A stretch of 63,830 bases of DNA, filler included, from Octopus bimaculoides (GCF_001194135.2; 7 parts of 7 records of this genome joined end to end with filler, not necessarily neighbours in it); one strand, 5' to 3'. Shown: positions 50,175 to 62,580, counted from the first letter of the whole stretch. Program-made: numbers and translations. The notes: generated by a model not told the origin, from the letters alone.

Positions 50175-50254
50175 GGTAGATGGGTAAATCAGTAAATAGA
50201 TAGATAGACAAATAGATGGATAGACAGAAAGGAAGGCAGATACAGGTGAAGCTA

Positions 50255-50400
50255 ACACAGATGTGGTTGTGTGATTGGAAAACTTGTTTCCCAACCACAT
50301 GGTTTTGCATTCAATCTCACTGCATAGCAAGTATTTTCTACTATAACCAATAAGAGTAGGCCAGCCAAAACTCTGTGAATGGATTTGGTTGCAGAAGCTA
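50255..50400 (+). mobile_element. Family-B SINE head
   Basis: ccaaccacatggtttt...gcaagtattttctactataacc...gtgaatggatttggt. Confidence 0.7.
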
Positions 50401-50409
50401 TATAGATAC

Positions 50410-50640
50410 ACGTTATATATATAAACAAATAACAACAGATGGATTGTGGTTCACTACAGATGAAAACAAAAAACGAAAACAGGTGAGGGAACAACAAGCA
50501 GGTGTATTAGTTTGCTGCTTGGGAAGAATGGAAATGTCTGACATTTTGAGCCTACGCTCTTCAGCAGAAAGGGTTGAGAGGAAAAAACATGCAGACAGAA
50601 TGAAAAAACAGAGAGAGAAAAAATGTGTAGTGATTAACAG
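50410..50640. mobile_element. Probable Penelope-associated repeat with a decayed hammerhead-like motif
   Basis: Minus strand ctgaagagcgtaggctcaaaatgtc resembles CTGANGAG...CTCGAAACGTC with CpG-type substitutions. Confidence 0.35.
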
Positions 50641-51047
50641 TTCAACATGATATATATGTTTGTGTGTGTGTGTGCGTGTGGGTGTGTTTGTATGTGTATG
50701 ATGGATTTTCTTGTTGTGAATGACAAATGAGGGTTCAGTAAAATACATTGGTAATTATGTTCTATGGACACACATGGCTCTTGTGGCCAGCTGGTGCCTT
50801 GCAAACATTTTGGTGAAAGGAACTCAATTTATTCAAGTGCTTGTGGATCATTTACTACATGTTTTCTTGACTGCTCTGCAAGGCCTGCTTTGCCCCATGT
50901 CACAAACCACAATGACAGGACAGGTAAGGTTTATATTTAGAGGAGTGCAAGCATGAAGGCATGCTGGCAAAATTCTGCCCCAGCAAAATGAAGTTGATCT
51001 TGATGTTGGAGTCAACTTTGTCCATACATACATACATACATACATAC

Positions 51048-51087
<40 letters not shown>

Positions 51088-52559
51088 NNNNNNNNNNNNN
51101 NNNNNNNNNNNNNNNNNNNNNNNNNNNNNNNTTAATTAATTAANNNNNNNNNNNNNNNNNNNNNNNNNNNNNNNNNNNNNNNNNNNNACTGTATACCGAC
51201 AGTTATTTAAACAGTTGTACAATACAGAGAGTTAGACAGACACGAACTCACACCGCAACAGCAAACAAAATCTCGATGGAAAAATTAATATATCCTCCTT
51301 AGCACAAGAAAAAGACGTGTGTTGGCTCTGCCAAAATGTCAGAAGTAATGGAGATTAAATACGCTTTACACCGCTTAAACTACCAAAGGAGTAAGTATAA
51401 ACAGCTGAATACTTGTCAGTGATTGGTTGAAATTATCGAAATAAGACAATTTTTTTACATGAAATAAATTTGAATACAAAAATTTTTTTCTGTTCTATAA
51501 CACAAAATAGATAAGTATACGAAGTTTGAAAGTCTTTCGGTACCAAAAACACTACATAAAACATAAATGAAAACTGGCGCCCCCGTTTTGAACAAGATCC
51601 GCATGCGTAAGATTTACATTTGGAGAATGTGACTGCGTATGACTTTATACTGCATCCGGTCAAGCGACTCTGGTTTGGGAGTTTTAGGGTTTTGAGGAGT
51701 GTGGAACCATCTATTAGCCATTATTGTTCCCAGGTCTTCTCTGAGCCGGAATAGTAGCACCTGTCAAGGTCCCAGTTACAAGTTAAATAACATATAACTA
51801 CCTGAGCCAGGGTACGTTGAAATCACAGGATGCAGTATGGTGGATGTGAACTATTTTGGCAAATGAACTTATTGAAACAATGGCGAATATCACTGTTCTG
51901 GGAAAGTCGTCCGACCTAGATGATAGATGATGGATGAGAGAATATATAACCGAAAGATCAGTTAGTTAACATCTTCAAGAGATCACTCAAAAGCTTAATC
52001 TATCTTAAGATGCAACACAAATGCTTACTGACTGGCGTTTTGGTACCCACTAGTAGGTGATCAGTTTCCATCAGAAAACGCAGTACCCATTCACGTCTAT
52101 TTTGTAAACTGAGACAGGTAGAATCGAATTTCCAGTTACGTGCTGTATTTATTTTACAGCGAATTAGAACCAAAGTGTCATGACTTTGTGACAGATTATT
52201 GTATTTTCTGTATCATACAATTATATACTCTGGTCCAGAAATGCATAACACTAGCCACAAATTTTAATTGATGAACCGTAATTTAATAGTTCAATACCTT
52301 ATTCGCCACATTATACGACATACAAAATCATTATCCATAATTCCTAGTTGCAGATGCTGTCGTAATACATTAATTTCTCAACAAACTTAATCAAAGACCC
52401 GGTTTCCATTCCCATGAGGAACCAATACTAGAAATGCTTGTAAAAAAAAATCCTTATAATAAAATCGAAGTCAACATATCAATATCCACAATCATTGTTA
52501 ATCACATTTTCGAAAACAACTAAATTTATTGCAGCTACCCGGAATAAAGTTCCACGTTT

Positions 52560-52645
52560 GACTTTTATTCTAACACCGTTTGAAATGCGCGGGACTCGAG
52601 AAAGTAAATGACGTAGTTTACAAGTTTATAGGAATTAGTACAGTG
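52560..52645 (+). other. Candidate non-coding first exon of the MDC1-like gene
   Basis: CpG-retaining segment ending in the strong donor CAGTG|GTAAGT; the start coordinate is a guess. Confidence 0.4.
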
Positions 52646-53479
52646 GTAAGTTTATTACCTGATCCTTCTTAAAAACTGTCTATTTAGAATATATATATGT
52701 ATATACTCACACACACAAATATATATCTGTATGTGTGTACGTATATATATATATCTGTGTACAGACAAACTTTCGTATATGATCTTCATTTATTTTTAAA
52801 ATTAGCCTAAAACTAAGATTCCTCTCATGTTTTATCAGATTGACAATAAATATTGATTCCTAACGTGAGCATGAAGCCTAACAGTGTGAGTGATGGATGA
52901 GTATAATCGATTTAAATTGCCCCCAGTCTCTTAATAAATATCGATAATTGATCCATGTACAAATCCAATATATATAATTTTCTTATTTAAAATGATAGAA
53001 AGTGTTATAAAAACAATATATATGCGTGTATGAATATACGTATATGTGTATGTTTGTAAGATAGACATTATGTAGTGTTTTACTCTTACATTCTTAACGA
53101 TTTGTTGTTACATTGTAGTGATTGTAAATCTAACGTGTAAAGTTAAGTAATAGCTCTATACAAATATATAAATGACGCAATTTCATGTTACATGAATACA
53201 GTGTTCGTTATTTTCATAAATAGTTGTTGCGTAGGCCTCGATCTGTTCTGATCGATGAAAGTGGTTGGTACATATACCAAAAGCGAAAGAAATTCTCGGA
53301 AAAATAATCCAAATTATCATCTCTACTAAATGAGTTGCCAATCAAAAGAGGTAGGAGAGAAGCCATAAGCCTCATTTGTTTATTTTCCTGAATCAACAAG
53401 ACAAAATCCATCCATATAATTAGTACTATTCCTGTAAGTAACGATTATTTGTTAAAGAGTTTGGGTATAGAATGTAAGG

Positions 53480-53700
53480 CTGTCGAGCTGGCAAAATCGT
53501 TAAGCACGCCGGACACAATGCTTAGCGGCATTTCTTCTGTTTTTATGCTCTGAGTTCGAATTCCGCCGAGGTTGATTTTATTTCCTTTCGTCCTTTCGAG
53601 GTCGGTAAAATAATAACCAGTTGAGCGTTGGGATCGATGTAATCGACTTACCCAATTCCCCATAATTTCAGGCCTTGTGCCTATTGCAGAAAGGATTATG
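53480..53700 (+). mobile_element. Family-A SINE, well preserved
   Basis: gagctggcaaaatcgttaagcacgccgg...tcctttcgaggtcggtaaaataataaccag. Confidence 0.9.
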
Positions 53701-54399
53701 ATAGTAAAATGTACTGGATCATAGTGCATCATTTTAAGTTCTGTAGCGATTATCCTGTTATCATTTGGCATGTCATTCTACAAACAAGGGACCTCTATTT
53801 GGTCGCCTGGTCTGCTAGAAACAGCAGCCAAATTTCATCACCCTCTACCTTGCATGCCTGCAAACAGTATCTGAGCCTGAATGTGCTAGGTTTCTGTAAG
53901 AAGCCTGCGAAACTTTAAGCCACATTGAGCCGAATCAAACTATCTTAAATTGTAATAATGTATGCATATATATCGTCAAATGCTACATTACTGGTGATGG
54001 CATATAACTGGTCTGAATGTTACCCACTAGACAGTATTGATGACTCTTCAGATGTGCTGGTCAGAAGTTCATAGTCTCTTTAATACTGGAGACACAAACT
54101 CAAGTTTGGTTTTGTGATAGCAAATGAGTGTAACGAAATTGAGAAAAAAATATTTGCAGGGTTAAAAGGAAGATGAAAGACAGAATTATTCCCCTATGGG
54201 TGAAGTCTAGGCTATGTGAGTTTTGTTCTCTTATTCAAAAAGGAACATGACTAGTGTAGGGTTAGTGACAGGAAGGGTGTCCAGCCTTGAAAATCTGCCT
54301 TATTGAAATGCATCTAATCCATACAAGCATGGGAAAATGGTCTTTAAAATCAGAATGATGATGATGATACAGTCTGAGCAAGGAGGTGAAACACTTGCA

Positions 54400-54600
54400 T
54401 GAAATATCATGCAATATTTCACTTTATCAACCCTGAAAGGATAAGAGCAAAGTTGACCTGAATTCAAATGCCATTGAGGTTGACTTTGCCTTTCATCTTT
54501 TTGGGGTTCAGAAAATAAGTACCAGTTAAGTATTGGGGTCAATGTAATCGACTTACCCTCTCCTCCCAAATTGCCAGCCTTATGCCAAAATTTAAAACCA
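54400..54600 (-). mobile_element. Family-A SINE(s)
   Basis: Core motifs; part of the interval reads in the + orientation. Confidence 0.6.
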
Positions 54601-54656
54601 GTATTTCATTAGAATTAGTTACCTTCCTTCCTTCTTGAATCATACTGATTTATAAA

Positions 54657-55105
54657 GGCTGGTTTCCCAATTTCATGGCATATATATTCCCCACTTGGAT
54701 GGGATGCCTGTCCATTGTAGGATTACTCATTTTTGCCAACTGAGTGAACTGGAGCAACATGAAATGAAGTGTTTTGCTCAAGGTCACAACGCATCGCCTG
54801 GTTCAAGAATTGAAACCACAATCTTACAATCATGAGCCCTTGAACTCATGAGAACAGACTTTCACCTAGTTTCTGTGGTGTATAAGCGTCTAAGATTACA
54901 ACACTCCCTGTTGAATGGGATGCTGGTCCTTCATGGAGTTAACTTACCATCTTTTGCTGGAAATCATTTATGGCTAAGTGGACTGGAGCAACATGAAATG
55001 AAATGTTTTGTTTGAGAACACAACACACCACCTGTTCCAGGAATTGAAAGTGTGACCTTACAATTGTGAGTGTAATGCTCTAACCACCAGACCACATGCT
55101 TTCAC
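54657..55105 (-). mobile_element. Two tandem tRNA-derived SINEs, family C (CORE/V-like)
   Basis: Minus strand gtgaccttgagcaaaacacttcatttcatgttgctccagt and atggacaggcatcccatcca, repeated at 54657-54840 and 54900-55105. Confidence 0.7.
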
Positions 55106-55364
55106 ATCTCCTTGAAATACTGATTCTATTCTTTAATATACTATGGCTAAACCTTTGCAAATTGATGGGAAGTATTGAGGCTCATTTTGGTATTTCTTAC
55201 AGCCTTGGTTTCTCTTTCTGATTTTTCAGAAGACTTCAATATAGTTTTGTATTTCGGAATGTACTTTTGGGGCAAGAATTTTGCTTTCTTTTTAGTTATT
55301 CATTTAAGTGATTTGATATCTTTGTGTATTAATTGTTTTTATTTTTCCAGAAAATCGCTTCAAA

Positions 55365-55436
55365 ATGGACCTGGACGTGACACAAGCTATCACTTTCAGT
55401 GATGTAGAAGATGATGCTGAGAAAAGTAAACTTCCG
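55365..55436 (+). CDS. MDC1: MDC1-like gene, first identifiable coding segment (exon 55351-55436)
   Basis: Acceptor tttttatttttccag|, aaaATGG, donor CCG|GTTAGT (phase 0); MDLDVTQAITFSDVEDDAEKSKLP resembles human MDC1 MEDTQAIDWDVEEEE as recalled from memory. Confidence 0.7.
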
Positions 55437-55511
55437 GTTAGTAATTTTACAGTTTTCTCAAGAGACCTTTAGAATATTATCAAGAGTTAAATAAACTGAG
55501 TACTTACAATA

Positions 55512-55740
55512 CATCATCATCATCATCATTGTTTAACGTCCGCTTTCCTTGCTAGCATGGGTTGGACAATTTGACTGAGGACTGGTGAAACCAGATGACT
55601 ACACCAGGCTCCAATCTGATTTGGCAGAGTTTCTACAGCTGGATGCCCTTCCTAACGCCAACCACTCCGAGAGTGTAGTGGGTGCTTTTACGTGCCACCG
55701 GCACGAGGGCCAGTCCAACGGCACTGGCAACGATCACAGT
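55512..55740 (-). mobile_element. RTE LINE 3' UTR fragment
   Basis: Near-identical to 57256-57440. Confidence 0.9.
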
Positions 55741-56569
55741 ATTTGGCAAATATTTATAATTGATAAGAGACACATGTTTATAGTTTGGTTGATATTTATA
55801 GTTTTGTTGGGGATGTATATGGAGAAAAGTAGTCTTTACTTGATGGGTTAGGAGTAAGAGAAGCATCTTGATGGGTTAAGAGTAAGAGAAGCAATTTATA
55901 TTTCTGGTTTGTTAGTTTGGAAGATATGCATCAAATCTGGAGCAACATATGTTCTGACTCATCACACAAACAAGCTGGTATTCTTAATTAAGTAATCTGT
56001 TATAAGTAGTTCTAAAATTGATGATCCCTAAAGTTGAATACCTTCTATTTGTGTTGGGACTGTGTACATCTGAGTTTGGGTTGTTTTTAAATGATCTTTC
56101 AGTTTATTCATCAATTCTCTTGGTGAGTAATTTCTTTTCTTTTTTTGTTTTGTGCCATGTGAAGTAGTCATATGGCACTTCTACAGCTAGAAACTTGTTC
56201 TGCTCTGACCCTTTTCTCTCATACTTTATCCCATTTTACTTCTCATCTCCAAGCATAAAGTTAAACCCTTGGGATTTATAAATTGCAAGTTTCATTGTGA
56301 TCTCACCAGTGCTGGTGACATAAAAAAAAAACCACTCAGTACACCCTGTAAAGTGATTGGCACTAGGAAGGGCATCCAGCCATAGAAACAATGCCAAAGC
56401 AGGCACTGGAGCACGATGCATTCCTTGAGATCATTGGATCTTATCAAACTGTCCAGACCATGCCAGCATGGAGCATGGATGTTAACTGCTGATGATGATG
56501 ATGATAATGACTGTTTCTAAATGCCTCAAGAGTCTTCATAAACAACTTGAGACTTTATCTCTGTCTCCT

Positions 56570-56770
56570 GAGTCATCATCAACATTGTTTGACGTCCATC
56601 TTCTATGCATGCATGAGTAGGATGGTCAACAGGAGCCAGCCAGGTAGAAAATCTACCCAAATCTACTGTCTCTGATTTAGCAGGGATTTTACTGCTGGAT
56701 GTCCTTCCTAACATCAACCACTCCGCAGGGTGGACTCAGTGCTTTTTATGTGGCACTAGCACAGGCATTT
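56570..56770 (-). mobile_element. RTE-type tail fragment
   Basis: ctggatgtccttcctaacatcaaccactcc. Confidence 0.7.
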
Positions 56771-57160
56771 TTGAGAAGGACCGAGAGAGCAATGTGAGGT
56801 GTAAAACTATTGGATAAAAGGAGGGCTGAAGACTTGATGGGGATGCTGTGGTTGGAGGAATCGGTGGAACAGCTGGCAAGGGCAAATGGAGTGCAGTGGA
56901 TATGGACTTGTGTTGAGGAGTGATGAGGATCATGTTCTGAGGAAAGTGCATGAGTTTAGAGTGAATGAACATTGAAAGCGAGGTTGGCCAAAGAAGACAT
57001 GCAGGGGACAGGTGGAGGAGGAGATTGGAAGGGTTGGCTTGAGGAGGGAGGACGCTCAAAACTGGGCGAGATGGTGTGAGAGCAGTTGCTGTAGGAGTGA
57101 GGTAGATCCAGCCACCCCAGTTAACGGGGACACACCCGGATTCAAAATATTGGACAAGAG
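56770..57160 (+). mobile_element. RTE LINE C-terminal fragment (second family)
   Basis: LEESVEQLARANGVQW...VLRSDEDHVLRK...RGWPKKT. Confidence 0.75.
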
Positions 57161-57255
57161 ATAGAAAGGTCATTTTGTAACCACATGTTTCAAAGTTCAA
57201 TCCTACAATGTTATGCTTTGGATATCCTCTGTCATAACCTCAGACTAACTAATGC

Positions 57256-57875
57256 CATCATCATCATCATCGTTTAACGTCCGCTTTCCATGCTAGCATG
57301 GGTTGGACGATTTGACTGAGGACTGGTGAAACCGGATGGCAACACCAGGCTCCAGTCTGATTTGGCAGAGTTTCTACAGCTGGATGCCCTTCCTAACGCC
57401 AACCACTCAGAGAGTGTAGTGGGTGCTTTTACGTGTCACCCGCACGAAAACGGCCACGCTCGAAATGGTGTCTTTTATGTGCCNNNNNNNNNNNNNNNNN
57501 NNNNNNNNNNNNNNNNNNNNNNNNNNNNNNNNNNNNNNNNNNNNNNNNNNNNNNNNNNNATCTCATGTGCCAACCGCACAAGAACCAGTCCAGGGGCACT
57601 GGCAACGATCTTACTTGGCTTGCCGGGTCTTCTCACGCACAGCCCATTTCCAAAGGTCTCGGTCCGTAGTCATCGCCTCGGTGAGGCCCAATGTACGAAG
57701 GTCTTGCCTCACCACCTCAGCCCAGGTCTTCCTGGGCCTACCTCTTCCACGGGTTCCCTCAACTGTTAGGGTGTGGCACTTTTTCACGCAGCTATCCTCC
57801 TCCATTCTCACCACATGTCCATACCAGCGCAATCGTCTCTCTTGCACGCCACAACTGATGCTTCTAATGTTCAGC
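57256..57875 (-). mobile_element. RTE LINE 3' end, young copy
   Basis: ORF 57611-57847 QERRLRWYGHVVRMEEDSCVKKC...GRGRPRKTW; 3' UTR ending gcggacgttaaacgatgatgatg. Confidence 0.93.
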
Positions 57876-58475
57876 CATGTGTGTAAAATTCAGTAGAAGG
57901 AAACTGCGTGTGTGTGTGTGTGTTATGTAAGATGTAAAATATTGGCAAGAAAATCAATAAACTACTTTCAGACAAACATACTTTGTGGTATTAGTTCTGG
58001 CCTTGTTACACAGATGCTCCTTTGTGACCTTCATTGTCATAAATGCCATGAAACTGTCATTAGCCATTTGAAAACCTGTAATTAATGATATTGTTGTTCA
58101 AAAAAATGCAGTAGAAATCTAAATAACACCAGTGATGACTTTTGGGAACCAGAGCCTGATTTGAAAAACTTCTTTTGTATGAAAAATGCGTAAAAACTGT
58201 AATTCCATTCAGGAAATGCATTAAATGCTCCAAGATTGAGATAGAAAAGATGTATTTGCCTCAACAGGTAAATTTAAGGATTATCTAATGTGGAGCATTA
58301 TTATATGGGAAAAAGTTCTTCTTAAAGATGGAAGGAAGGGTTTATCAGAGTTGCATGAGATCTGCAATGCTGTATGGGAGTAAGATGTGGTGTCTTTACA
58401 GAATTTACTAATTTAGGTGGTAGTTCTTGTTTATATGACTATGTTCTTCATACACTTACCTTTGCTGTTTTTCAG

Positions 58476-58539
58476 GTGGCTCATCTAACAATTCTGAATC
58501 ATCAAGCTTTGAAAAATAAATTGTTTCCTATTTTTAGAG
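58476..58539 (+). CDS. MDC1: MDC1-like gene, next exon (start of FHA domain)
   Basis: Acceptor tttgctgtttttcag|, donor AGAG|GTAAAG; phase 0 to 1; VAHLTILNHQALKNKLFPIFRG aligns with MDC1 VGRLHIFSGAHGPEKDFPLHLG. Confidence 0.65.
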
Positions 58540-58585
58540 GTAAAGTTTCTCTAGATATTTGTTTTATTGTTTACCTTTTACTTAT

Positions 58586-58620
<35 letters not shown>

Positions 58621-59302
58621 TCACTGCTGCTTAATAGATATTATACATTCATTACATCTCATCCCAATCTTCGAATTTTAACTGTAAAATTAAATTTCTT
58701 GGAGTTATTCCAGTAATGATATTAGATATCTAACCAAAAACAAATAGACTTGGTATTTTCTGCAAGTCATGTTACCTCAATAAACTTGACATTTCTCAAC
58801 AGAAAATAGTTTCAAACATGACATTGTCATCACCTCCATGAGATTCAGATCTTATGGCCAACTTTCATCATGTTTTTCCATGTCTTCAGTTTCCTTCCCT
58901 GCAGAATTGCTTGGCACTACTTTACTCAACTGTCACCTTCTGTATGCATCACATATTCATACCACTCGGTTTTCTCTGTTGCACATAACTGCTGGTTTCT
59001 TTTATATCCCATTGTTTGTGCACACTAATATTACACATCGGTGGAGCATACTTGCTTCATTTCTTTGCTGCCTTTATACATCCTCTACATTCAGTGCTTA
59101 AGTTTTCTATCATGTAATATTTCATTTTGACTACAGGCCTTGTACAATCTGCTCCTCACTTGGACAGAGAAACCTTTGTTACTAACAAAGGTAATAGCTA
59201 CCTGAACATTTTCCACCATGTTCTAACTCTGGTTACTAAGCTTTTTGAACGCCCATCTACTGCAGTGGAGATTAAATCACTGAGGTAGCAGAAGCTGTAG
59301 AC

Positions 59303-59659
59303 CAGTGTTTCCCAACCTTTTTTCCCGGCGCCCCACTTTTTCATAGCAAAAGTTTTTACGCCCCACCTTTTCCCATGTCCACTCACATTTACAAGTACAT
59401 GTGGGCCTACTTACAATTGAAAAAAATCAAAAATTAAAAAATTGTATTCAAAATACAAAAAAATAGCTTGAGAATTGAAACAACAGGCACTGAAAGTGCA
59501 TAACACCCAATAAATCGATAAAATTATTACGATTTCTCATGTTTTTAAAAAATGTCAATTTATAAAGAATAAAGAAACACGTTTTTTCAGTTCAATTATT
59601 TGACGGTCAGCTCGACTAATTTAGTGAGAACCCTGTGCCTGATGCATACAGCACAAGTT
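59303..59659. mobile_element. hAT-Charlie-type MITE, truncated by the spacer
   Basis: ctgtagac|CAGTGTTTCCCAACC left terminus. Confidence 0.65.
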
Positions 59660-59759
59660 NNNNNNNNNNNNNNNNNNNNNNNNNNNNNNNNNNNNNNNNN
59701 NNNTTAATTAATTAANNNNNNNNNNNNNNNNNNNNNNNNNNNNNNNNNNNNNNNNNNNN

Positions 59760-59885
59760 AAAGAGACCGATAGAATAAGTACTAGGCTTACAAAGAATAA
59801 GGCCTGGGGTCGATTTGCTCGACTAAAAGGCGGTGCTCCAGCATGGCCGCGGTCAAATGACTGAAACAAGTAGAACAGTAAAAGA
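59760..59885 (+). mobile_element. Family-B SINE 3' half
   Basis: gaataagtactaggcttacaaag...ggcggtgctccagcatggccgcggtcaaatgactgaaacaag. Confidence 0.9.
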
Positions 59886-60501
59886 GAGTAAAGAGTATAG
59901 ATGAAGACGAGGATGATGGTGGAGGTGGAAGTGTTGGTGGTGGTGATGATAATGATGATGAGGATGATGGAGATGATAACAGCGGTGACGATAATGGCGG
60001 CGGGTCCAGCGGCGGTAGCAGCAGAAGTAGCGACGGGACGGGACCGCAGTGGCAGCAACAATAGCAAAAGCGGTGACGGTACCGAAGCTGGTGACGATGG
60101 TGAAGGCAGCAACGATGGCCGTGGTGACGACGAAGCAAAAGAGGAAGAAAGCACATCAAACGAAAGCAGCTTTCTAGAACTATTCCCCCAACATATCATC
60201 AATCATTCCATAGCGGAAGACAAGATATTCTGGTCATTGTTATTGAAGCAAAAATGATAAGTGAGTGATCTCTTTTTGTGGATCTCGAGACATGGGAATT
60301 CTTATATCAGATGATCCAGAATGGCCAACATTGATTAACTTTCCTCGTGATGTCGAGTTACGAATAGAAGACCTCAAAATGTCATGGAAGACAGGAACGC
60401 TTGAAGAGAAAGACTGGCTTTTTTTTGTTATTTTTTTTTCGTTTTGCTTTTTTTTTTTGTTGGGGAAGCTCTATTCTAAAACCAGGCGTTTCAAAGACAT
60501 A

Positions 60502-60628
60502 CAGGGTGTCCACAAGGTCTGGGTACATGAAGTAAATAAAATCATACCATAAACAATTAAATATAAGAAATGATAATTTCTTAAAGTATGTATTAATCCC
60601 CATGTACCCAGACTTTGTGGACACCCTG
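60502..60628. mobile_element. Tc1/mariner-type MITE (127 bp)
   Basis: 28-bp TIRs with 1 mismatch (cagggtgtccacaa(g/a)gtctgggtacatg), TA on both sides. Confidence 0.92.
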
Positions 60629-60779
60629 TATATATATAATATAAAGGAATGGTACAGGGTTGTGAAAGTTCTATATTATTCTGCTCGTCAGGACATGTGT
60701 TCGGGTGTTATGATTTAAAGAACCTTAACTATAGAACAATACTGAAGACATAATTGAAATGTTTAAAGTAATCGTAAAA

Positions 60780-60923
60780 TACATTATTTACATTATTTAC
60801 ATTTGACGGATATTTGTCCTCATCTTGTTTGTTGTTAACACAACGTTTTGGCTGATATACCCTCCAGCCTTCATCATGTGTCCTGGGGAGATTTCGAACC
60901 TAGGTTCTCATTTTTCGATATTA

Positions 60924-60966
<43 letters not shown>

Positions 60967-60968
60967 GA

Positions 60969-61043
<75 letters not shown>

Positions 61044-61145
61044 TCACTGCCTGGAATCGAACTCAGAATCTTAAGGTTAGTATCCCGTGCTCTTAACCAC
61101 TACGTCATATGCCCGTGAGCAAATGTAAATAATGTAAATAAAGTA
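60780..61145 (-). mobile_element. Composite element: tRNA-like head + (AAT)n + decayed hammerhead, with inverted (ACATTATTT)-type ends
   Basis: Head 61114-61040 with A-box-like tagtggttaag and B-box-like gagttcgattcc; microsatellite 60920-61039; hammerhead-like segment 60837-60882. Confidence 0.7.
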
Positions 61146-61691
61146 CATAATTCCTCATCTCTTAAATATAGAACTGTAATCATAAAATATAACGAGGAGC
61201 TATAAACTGCACACATCTTACGGCGGTTCCAGGACTTGTACAGATGCACAGCATAAAAAATAAGTAGTACTAGCTAGTATATAAAAAGCTTGTAAAGTTG
61301 TTCGAATAAAACAGGCCCTGAACTCATTTAGCCAATAAAAATATATATATAACACGATTAGGTTCTCTGCGCATATTAAATACAGTATTATGAATACAAA
61401 GACGCTACTTGAGACAGCACAGACATATTATATAGCCTAAATGAAAGTCAATAATAAAGACTAACACAAAAACACTAAAACAAAACGCTGTACCTACCCA
61501 AGACACATATAGCTGCGCTCGAATTTACAGTGAAAGCACGCAATGAAAATAAAACTATTGAAAAACAATACTAATAACAGTAAATTTCTATNNNNNNNNN
61601 NNNNNNNNNNNNNNNNNNNNNNNNNNNNNNNNNNNTTAATTAATTAANNNNNNNNNNNNNNNNNNNNNNNNNNNNNNNNNNNNNNNNNNNN

Positions 61692-61770
61692 CTATCTATC
61701 TATCTATCTATCTAGCTAGCTAGCTAGCTAGCTAGCTCTCTATCTATCTAGCTCTCTATCTATCTAGCTC

Positions 61771-61814
<44 letters not shown>

Positions 61815-61818
61815 GCTC

Positions 61819-61850
<32 letters not shown>
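61692..61850. repeat. (CTAT)n/(CTAG)n tetranucleotide microsatellite
   Basis: Direct reading. Confidence 0.97.
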
Positions 61851-62542
61851 ATTTAATAAATGAATAGTAAATTCTCTGTTTATCAATTGCTCTCAGTCTG
61901 TGTGGATGTGTATGTTATGTCTTTATACATATATGTTTACATGTACATTAAAGACAAATAGATATATATATATATATAGAGAGAGAGGGAGAGAGAAATA
62001 AAGAGAGCAAGGAAAACACATGCATGAAAATGCAAAGTGTACCTATTTTATGTGTGCGTATGTTTTATGTGCTTGTCTTTCTTTTATGCGTGTACATGTA
62101 TGCTTTGTGTATGTGAATGTCATAGAGGTGTGTAAGCGGAGCAGGAGTGAAAGAGGGGAGGGTCAAAGAAAAAAGACATTACAAATAACGGAGTGGATAT
62201 GGAAAAAGCCCTAAACAACGATATATGTAGTGAAATCAGTACTGTGTGTGTATTCATAAGAAAAAAAAAAGAAGATGCAGAAAGAAAAAGACAGAAAGGT
62301 GGGGACAGACATGCAATGACAAAGGTGGGGTGGATGGAGAGAATATAGGAACAAAAGCGAGAGAGTAAATGTAAGAACGAAAGAAAGGACGAAAGACAGA
62401 CGAAAATATAGTGAGATACGGATAAAGACAGAGAGAGGAATTTCAAAGATAGACGGAGAGTGATCGAATGGAAAACAGAAAATACAATCAGCTGACTTTG
62501 AACGCTGGAAGAAGCGCAAAATACTGACATACATGGAAACGT

Positions 62543-62580
<38 letters not shown>

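Noticed and set aside
51879-51905. NGEYHC, resembling an Ig F-strand motif
   Set aside because: In-frame stop immediately upstream; the region may instead be an old hAT transposase remnant
58213-58267. Possible extra exon KCIKCSKIEIEKMYLPQQ with donor CAG|GTAAAT
   Set aside because: Starts in phase 2, incompatible with the phase 0 end of exon 55351-55436; direct splicing to 58476 gives the MDC1-like alignment
59901-60257. 118-aa acidic Gly/Asp-rich ORF
   Set aside because: Mostly a mosaic of degenerate GAT/GGT/GCA trinucleotide repeats, with no splice context
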